Shown here in pieces: positions 59,170 to 64,000 of a stretch of DNA of 64,000 bases; positions within the stretch are counted from its first letter, which is position 1; the number at the start of each line of letters is the position of its first letter. The stretch comes from Myxococcota bacterium (GTDB lineage Bacteria > Myxococcota_A > UBA796 > CAJQPC01): contig JAZAMN010000031.1 in NCBI GenBank assembly GCA_036229005.1, positions 1 through 64,000 on the forward strand, read 5' to 3'. A program made the position numbers and the translations under genes. The notes below the pieces were generated by a model that was not told where the DNA came from, did no database searches, and saw only the letters and a program-made list of their open reading frames with translations.

Positions 59170-59526
59170 ATGCGTTTCATTCTCCACCTTGTGGATTCGG
59201 GCAAGATCACCCCAGAGCAGGCCGTCGAAGGCCTCCGGGAGCACTTCGAGTCCACGCCCCCCCTTGGCAAGCTCGCCCTCTTCTCCGGGAAGATGACCGT
59301 CCGACAGGTCGTCCACGTGCTGGACCTCCAGGTGGAGCGCCCGCAGGAGCGCTTTGGAGAGCTGGCCGTCGCCGAGGGCTTCATGACCGAAGACGACGTC
59401 CAGGAGCTGCTCAAGCGCCAGAACAGCATGCGCCGCAGCGTCGAGCAGGTGCTCACCGAGCAGGGCGCGATCAGCCCCGAGGCCCTGGAGCTCCAGAAGA
59501 ACCGGTGGCGCCTGCAGGCCGGGTGA
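59170..59526 (+). CDS. Small protein of tandem MshEN-like (GspE-N) helical repeats
   Basis: GAGGAG RBS; repeats PLGKLALFSGKMT..VLDLQ, RFGELAVAEGFMT..LLKRQ and VEQVLTEQGAIS. Confidence 0.7.
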   Translation: MRFILHLVDSGKITPEQAVEGLREHFESTPPLGKLALFSGKMTVRQVVHVLDLQVERPQERFGELAVAEGFMTEDDVQELLKRQNSMRRSVEQVLTEQGAISPEALELQKNRWRLQAG

Positions 59527-59598
59527 GCCCAAAGGGCGATCCCACCCTCATGCCAAAAGCCCAAGGATCCGAACAGAAGACTGCAAGGAGGTGGACCA

Positions 59599-59961
59599 AT
59601 GTCCCGAATTCTGGTGGTTGATGACTCCCGCGCCATGCGCATGATCGTGAAGCGCACCCTGCGTCAGGCAGGCTTCGGTTCCCACACGATCGAAGAGGCC
59701 GAGCACGGTCAGGACGCCCTGGACAAGATCCAGGCGAACGAACCCGACCTCATCCTCTCCGACTGGAACATGCCGGTGATGAACGGCCTGGAGCTGCTGG
59801 AGACGCTGCGCGGTCAGGGCCAGAACATCAAGTTCGGCTTCGTGACCTCGGAGGGCACCCCGGAGATGCGCACCAAGGCCAGCGACGCCGGCGCGCTCTT
59901 CCTGATCGCCAAGCCCTTCACGGCCTTCACCTTCGAGCAGACCCTCAACGGCGTCATCTGA
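59599..59961 (+). CDS. CheY-like response regulator
   Basis: VVDDS, SDWNMP, VTS and AKPF; AAGGAGG RBS. Confidence 0.92.
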   Translation: MSRILVVDDSRAMRMIVKRTLRQAGFGSHTIEEAEHGQDALDKIQANEPDLILSDWNMPVMNGLELLETLRGQGQNIKFGFVTSEGTPEMRTKASDAGALFLIAKPFTAFTFEQTLNGVI

Positions 59962-59975
59962 GGGAGGAGTCGACG

Positions 59976-60455
59976 ATGGACATGCACTTTCCCGATCAGA
60001 AGCAGGTCGACGACCTGTTCACCATGTTGCTCGGCAAGCGCTGCAAGATCGGCCCCGCCAAGCCCCAGGGCAAGCGCCCCGGTGACGCCGCCGCGTTGGG
60101 GGTCTACGTGGACGACGAGGGCAACGTCGTGGGCGCGATCATCTGCGACATCACGCTCGCGGGCTCCGCTGGGACGGCGCTCTCGATGCTGCCGCCCAAG
60201 CTGGCTGCAGACTGCGTGAAGACCAAGAAGATCCCGCCCAACGTGGCCGAGAACCTCTACGAGGTGCTCAACGTGGGCGCGAGCCTCTACAACGGCGCGC
60301 GCGCCCTGCACGTCAAGCTGCGCGAGGTCGTCCTGGAGCCGGAGCGTCCGCCCAAGGAGATCAAGGCCATCCTGCGCAAGCCCAGCAAGCGTCTGGACCT
60401 GAGCGTGCAGGTCGCCGGCTACGATCCCGGCTCGATCCACCTCCTGGCCGCCTGA
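59976..60455 (+). CDS. Hypothetical protein, CheC/CheX-like (ExxN)
   Basis: ENLYEVLNV motif; directly follows the CheY-like gene; GGAGGAG RBS. Confidence 0.6.
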   Translation: MDMHFPDQKQVDDLFTMLLGKRCKIGPAKPQGKRPGDAAALGVYVDDEGNVVGAIICDITLAGSAGTALSMLPPKLAADCVKTKKIPPNVAENLYEVLNVGASLYNGARALHVKLREVVLEPERPPKEIKAILRKPSKRLDLSVQVAGYDPGSIHLLAA

Positions 60456-60514
60456 CAAATTGCGGTCCGGTGTCGGACGGGTGAAGACCAGGGGTCCCCG
60501 AACACGAGGCCCCG

Positions 60515-62530
60515 ATGTCTTCTCCCTCCGAGCCGGCCGCAGAGGTCGAGCAGGAACGACTCTACTTCCCCCCCCCTGACGAGCGGGAGTTCTCCTTCCG
60601 CTCCATCGTGGTGGGCTGCATCCTGGGCGGCATCGTTGCCGCCATGAACATCTACCTGGGCCTGCGCATCGGCTGGTCCTTCGGCGGCTCCCTCATCGCC
60701 GCCATCCTGGGCTTCTCGGTGTTCGCCAGCCTGGGTCGCATCGGGCTGCTCAAGACGCCCTACACCATCCTCGAGGCCAACATCACCCAGACCGCGGGCT
60801 CCGCGGCGGGCACGATGACCTCCGCCGCCGGCCTGCTCGCGGCCATCCCCGCGATGCGCATGCTGGGCTACGAGTTCAGCTACGTCGAGCTGACGCTCTG
60901 GGCCCTGGCCGTCGCCTACCTGGGCGTGTTCTTCGCCGTCCCCCTGCGCCGCCAGATGGTGCTGGTCGAGAAGCTGCGCTTCCCCACGGGGACCGCCGCC
61001 GCCCAGACCATCATGGCCATGTTCTCCAGCGGCGGAGAGGCTGAGCGCAAGGGCAAGGCCCTGATGCTCTGGGGCGTCATCGCCGCGGGCTTCACCGTGG
61101 CCACCCACTTCATCCCGGCCATCGAGCACCCGGACATCAGCACCATCGGCCTGTCCTTCATGGCGGCCTGGGGCTTCTCCTTCATCATCTCCCCCATGAT
61201 GATGGGCGCCGGCATCCTCATCGGCCCGCGCGTCGGCGTCTCCCTGCTCCTGGGCGCCACCATCGGCTGGCTCGTGGTCGGCATCCCCGTCTGGCAGGGC
61301 GGCCTGGCCTGCGGTCCCACCCTGGTGGACGGCATCTGGACCACCGGCGCCAAGCAGGCCTGCATCGCCCCTGGGGCGGTCGCTGGGTTTGTAGAGGCCA
61401 AGGAGCCCCTGCTGGCTCGCCTGGTTCACCTCGCTGACCTGGGGGGCACCACCGGCAACGCAGCGATCGCGGGCCTGCGAGGACACGTGCGGGCCATGGA
61501 CCCCATGGTCTGGAAGCACGGCGGCCTCAACGACTACGGCGTGGGCATCAAGGGTTGGATCCTCTGGCCCGGCGTGGCCATCATGGTCGCGGACGCCCTG
61601 ACCTCGCTGGGGCTGTCCTGGCGCACCATCCTGAACACCTTCAAGTTCAAGAAGGAGGACGGAGACGCCCTGGTCGACGACAGCGCCGACCAGATCCCCA
61701 ACTCCTGGTGGATCGGCGGCCTGGCCATCTCGGCCCCCGCCACGGTGGGCGTGACCTGGTGGATGTTCGACATCCCCCCGCTGCTGTCCATCGTCGCCAT
61801 CATCCTGTCTTCGGTGCTGGCCATGATCGCCGTGCGCTCCACCGGCGAGACCGACATCAACCCCATCGGTGGCATGGGCAAGGTCACCCAGCTCGTGTTC
61901 GGCGCGCTGGCCCCCGGCGCCATCACCACCAACCTGATGTCCGCGGCCATCACGGGCTCCGGCGCCTCCCAGGCCGGCGACATGATGCAGGACCTCAAGA
62001 CCGGGTACATGCTGGGCGCGCGGCCCAAGGCCCAGTTCAAGGCCCAGATCATCGGCATCCTGTTCGGCATCGCGTTCTGCGTCCCGATCTTCCTGCTCTT
62101 TGACGAGGTCTACGAGATCGGCGGCGCCGACCTCCCGGCCCCCGCCGCCCACGCCTGGCGCGCCGTCGCCGAGCTGCTGGCCAAGGGCCTGGACGCACTG
62201 CCCCCCGGGGCTGAGTGGGCCGTGCTGGGCGGCGCCATCTTCGGCGCGCTGCTGCCCATCGCCCGCAAGTTCGCGCCCGAGAAGGCCAAGGCCTGGGTCC
62301 CCAGCGCGCTGGCGTTCGGCATCGCGTTCATCGTGGGCGCCTACTACTCCATCGCCATGTTCGTGGGCGCGGTGATCTTCATCGTGTGGAAGCGCCTCAA
62401 GCCCGAGCAGGCCGCCGGTCTGTCCTTCGCTGTGGCCTCCGGCCTGGTGGCGGGCGAGGGCCTGGCTGGCATCGTCAAGGCGCTGCTGATGCTGGCGGGT
62501 GTGCCCACCCTGGCCCAGATGCTGATGTAG
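60515..62530 (+). CDS. OPT-family oligopeptide transporter
   Basis: NIYLGLRIGW, EANITQT, LRFPTGTA, GETDINP, DMMQDLKTG, PAPAA and ASGLVAGEG. Confidence 0.95.
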   Translation: MSSPSEPAAEVEQERLYFPPPDEREFSFRSIVVGCILGGIVAAMNIYLGLRIGWSFGGSLIAAILGFSVFASLGRIGLLKTPYTILEANITQTAGSAAGTMTSAAGLLAAIPAMRMLGYEFSYVELTLWALAVAYLGVFFAVPLRRQMVLVEKLRFPTGTAAAQTIMAMFSSGGEAERKGKALMLWGVIAAGFTVATHFIPAIEHPDISTIGLSFMAAWGFSFIISPMMMGAGILIGPRVGVSLLLGATIGWLVVGIPVWQGGLACGPTLVDGIWTTGAKQACIAPGAVAGFVEAKEPLLARLVHLADLGGTTGNAAIAGLRGHVRAMDPMVWKHGGLNDYGVGIKGWILWPGVAIMVADALTSLGLSWRTILNTFKFKKEDGDALVDDSADQIPNSWWIGGLAISAPATVGVTWWMFDIPPLLSIVAIILSSVLAMIAVRSTGETDINPIGGMGKVTQLVFGALAPGAITTNLMSAAITGSGASQAGDMMQDLKTGYMLGARPKAQFKAQIIGILFGIAFCVPIFLLFDEVYEIGGADLPAPAAHAWRAVAELLAKGLDALPPGAEWAVLGGAIFGALLPIARKFAPEKAKAWVPSALAFGIAFIVGAYYSIAMFVGAVIFIVWKRLKPEQAAGLSFAVASGLVAGEGLAGIVKALLMLAGVPTLAQMLM

Positions 62531-62534
62531 CTCC

Positions 62535-62590
62535 GGGCCCCCAAACCGCGGGGGCCCAGAGTGAGAAGGGGCCCCCGCGGGGGCCCCTTC
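62535..62590. terminator. Double hairpin between convergent genes
   Basis: GGGCCCCC-AAACCGC-GGGGGCCC (62535-62557), then a perfect 26-bp palindrome GAAGGGGCCCCCGCGGGGGCCCCTTC (62565-62590). Confidence 0.7.
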
Positions 62591-62627
62591 GTGCTTGAAG
62601 ACGCCCACCCAAGGGCGGGCCCTGCGC

Positions 62628-63713
62628 TCAGGCCTGCTCGCGGCCCTGCTGAGCCATGTAGCCCAGGGTGAGCTGCAGGTTCCGCTCCACCAGGGGGATC
62701 TGCCGGGCCGACACACCCTGGGCCAGCGCGGCCTGCAGGTGGGTCGCCATCTGGGCGGCGAAGTCCTCGCCTCGGGCCGTCGCGGCGGCGTGCGCCAAGG
62801 CGGCACGGCGCTGCCACTCAGCCCGGACCTCGGGGTCGTCCAGCCCCTCAGCGGCCATGTCGCTGAGCACCTGGGTCATGTCGGTGACCTCGCCGTCGGT
62901 GGGCTCGTCGGTGTCGGGCGCCTCCATGACCTCGGCGAGGGACCGGACCATCTTCTCAACCAGGGACTGCTCCACAGGCCAGAGGTTGAACCAAGGATGG
63001 CCCGCCAGGGCCGAGGAGCCATCCAGCATCCCCTCCTCCACCTGGAGCTCGGGGGTCTGGGGGCCGGACTTGCCCGCCTCCAGCACCTCGGCGGGGACGT
63101 GCCCGGCAAAGTGCTCCCAGTCGTGGGGCAGCCCGCCGGTCAGGCTCTGGGCCTTGTCCACGGCCGGCATGATGAACTGCATCGCCTGGTCGAAGGGGAG
63201 CTGCGCGATCCAGGGGGCCTCGGACTTCATCTCGCGCACCATGCGGCGGAGCTCACCGCGGGAGCTGTGCCCGTGGGAGAGGTCGCGAAGGCCCTCAGCG
63301 CCGCCGCAGCGGCCCATCAGGATGCAGGTGCCCTCGTGGTCGGTCCAGGCGACCATGAACTCGCTGTAGCCGTCGGCGTCCGCCGGGCCCATCAGCGCGG
63401 TGGGCTCGGGGTCGATGGGCGCAGCGGCCAGGCCGAAGGCCTTGGAGGGGGCCTCGCTGACCTCCACACCCTGGCTCTTGAGCTTGTGCAGCCCGCGGCG
63501 CGCGGCCTTGCGAAGCAGCTTGGGCCCCTTGTCCAGCGACTGCAGCAGCGCGGTGTTCTGCTGCTGCACGGCGGCCTCGATGGCGGCGAGGGCCACGGCC
63601 CCGTCCACGCTGCTCAGGTCCACGGACTCCCCCGCCAGCCACTGCTGCGCCAGAGGGTCCCCATTGCCAGCGAGGAGCGCGTCCACCTGGGCCTTGTCGT
63701 ACTTCATTGCCAT
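62628..63713 (-). CDS. Hypothetical protein
   Basis: 361-codon ORF 6 bp downstream of the maeB-like gene; includes an RKAARRGLHKLKSQG helix. Confidence 0.75.
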   Translation of the reverse strand: MAMKYDKAQVDALLAGNGDPLAQQWLAGESVDLSSVDGAVALAAIEAAVQQQNTALLQSLDKGPKLLRKAARRGLHKLKSQGVEVSEAPSKAFGLAAAPIDPEPTALMGPADADGYSEFMVAWTDHEGTCILMGRCGGAEGLRDLSHGHSSRGELRRMVREMKSEAPWIAQLPFDQAMQFIMPAVDKAQSLTGGLPHDWEHFAGHVPAEVLEAGKSGPQTPELQVEEGMLDGSSALAGHPWFNLWPVEQSLVEKMVRSLAEVMEAPDTDEPTDGEVTDMTQVLSDMAAEGLDDPEVRAEWQRRAALAHAAATARGEDFAAQMATHLQAALAQGVSARQIPLVERNLQLTLGYMAQQGREQA

Positions 63714-63719
63714 GGAATC

Positions 63720-64000
63720 TCAGTCCTTTCTGGGCCGCATGCGCGTGCCGATGGCCTGGTTCACCGTCAGGGCGGTGATGTTCACGATGTCGGCGACGTC
63801 CGAGCCCACGGGCAGGACGTTCACCGGCTGCTTGAGGCCCACCAGCAAGGGCCCAACCGCCGTCGCCCCGCCAAGCTCCCGGAGCAGCTTGTAGGCCATG
63901 TTTCCACTGGCCAGGTCGGGGAAGATCAGCACGTTGGCGTCGCCCTTGAGGCGGGAGAAGGGGAAGACGGCCTCGGCCACCTGGGGGTTCACCGCGGTGT
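63720..64000 (-). CDS. maeB: C-terminus of a phosphotransacetylase-like domain, probably NADP-malic enzyme MaeB (partial)
   Basis: FPFSRLKGDANVLIFPDLASGNMAYKLL...GPLLVGLKQPVNVL...DIVNITA. Runs off the window, so a stand-alone Pta cannot be excluded. Confidence 0.7.
   Translation of the reverse strand, partial: TAVNPQVAEAVFPFSRLKGDANVLIFPDLASGNMAYKLLRELGGATAVGPLLVGLKQPVNVLPVGSDVADIVNITALTVNQAIGTRMRPRKD

Noticed and set aside
62565..62590. Perfect palindrome as a REP or mobile-element end
   Set aside because: It is single-copy in the window and lies between convergent genes, so a terminator-like hairpin is the simpler explanation.

Overview
High-GC chromosomal window, most likely from a Myxococcota (deltaproteobacterial) genome, judging from a MYXO-CTERM subtilase, a lid-less Hsp70 and orphan Tad pilins. 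The left edge (1-2.4 kb) is accessory DNA: a structured non-coding segment, a 5'-truncated and frameshifted IS3-family element and a lower-GC orphan gene. Next come a GMC oxidoreductase with a Tat-like partner, a degenerate xanthine-dehydrogenase-family protein, a TadG/TadE/TadE cassette, an IolM-like dehydrogenase, Hsp70-trmJ, a DMT transporter and a WD40 protein. A ~2070-aa pentapeptide-repeat/TM/TPR protein is divergent from murA-dnaG-rpoD. These are followed by RNase P RNA, a C4 zinc-ribbon gene, tRNA-Ile2(CAT), a flavin/Fe-S membrane oxidoreductase, a degenerate HDAC-like protein, an S8 protease and tdk. A 14.6-kb chemosensory locus carries two CheA/CheW/CheR/CheB sets, CheD, CheX-like phosphatases and MshEN-like motifs. 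The window ends with an OPT transporter and the 3' end of a probable maeB. The best candidates for novelty are the giant pentapeptide-TM-TPR protein, the putative c-di-GMP (MshEN-like) input into the dual-kinase chemosensory system, the two apparent pseudoenzymes and the structured RNA-like segment at the left edge. All calls come from reading motifs by eye; no database searches were run.
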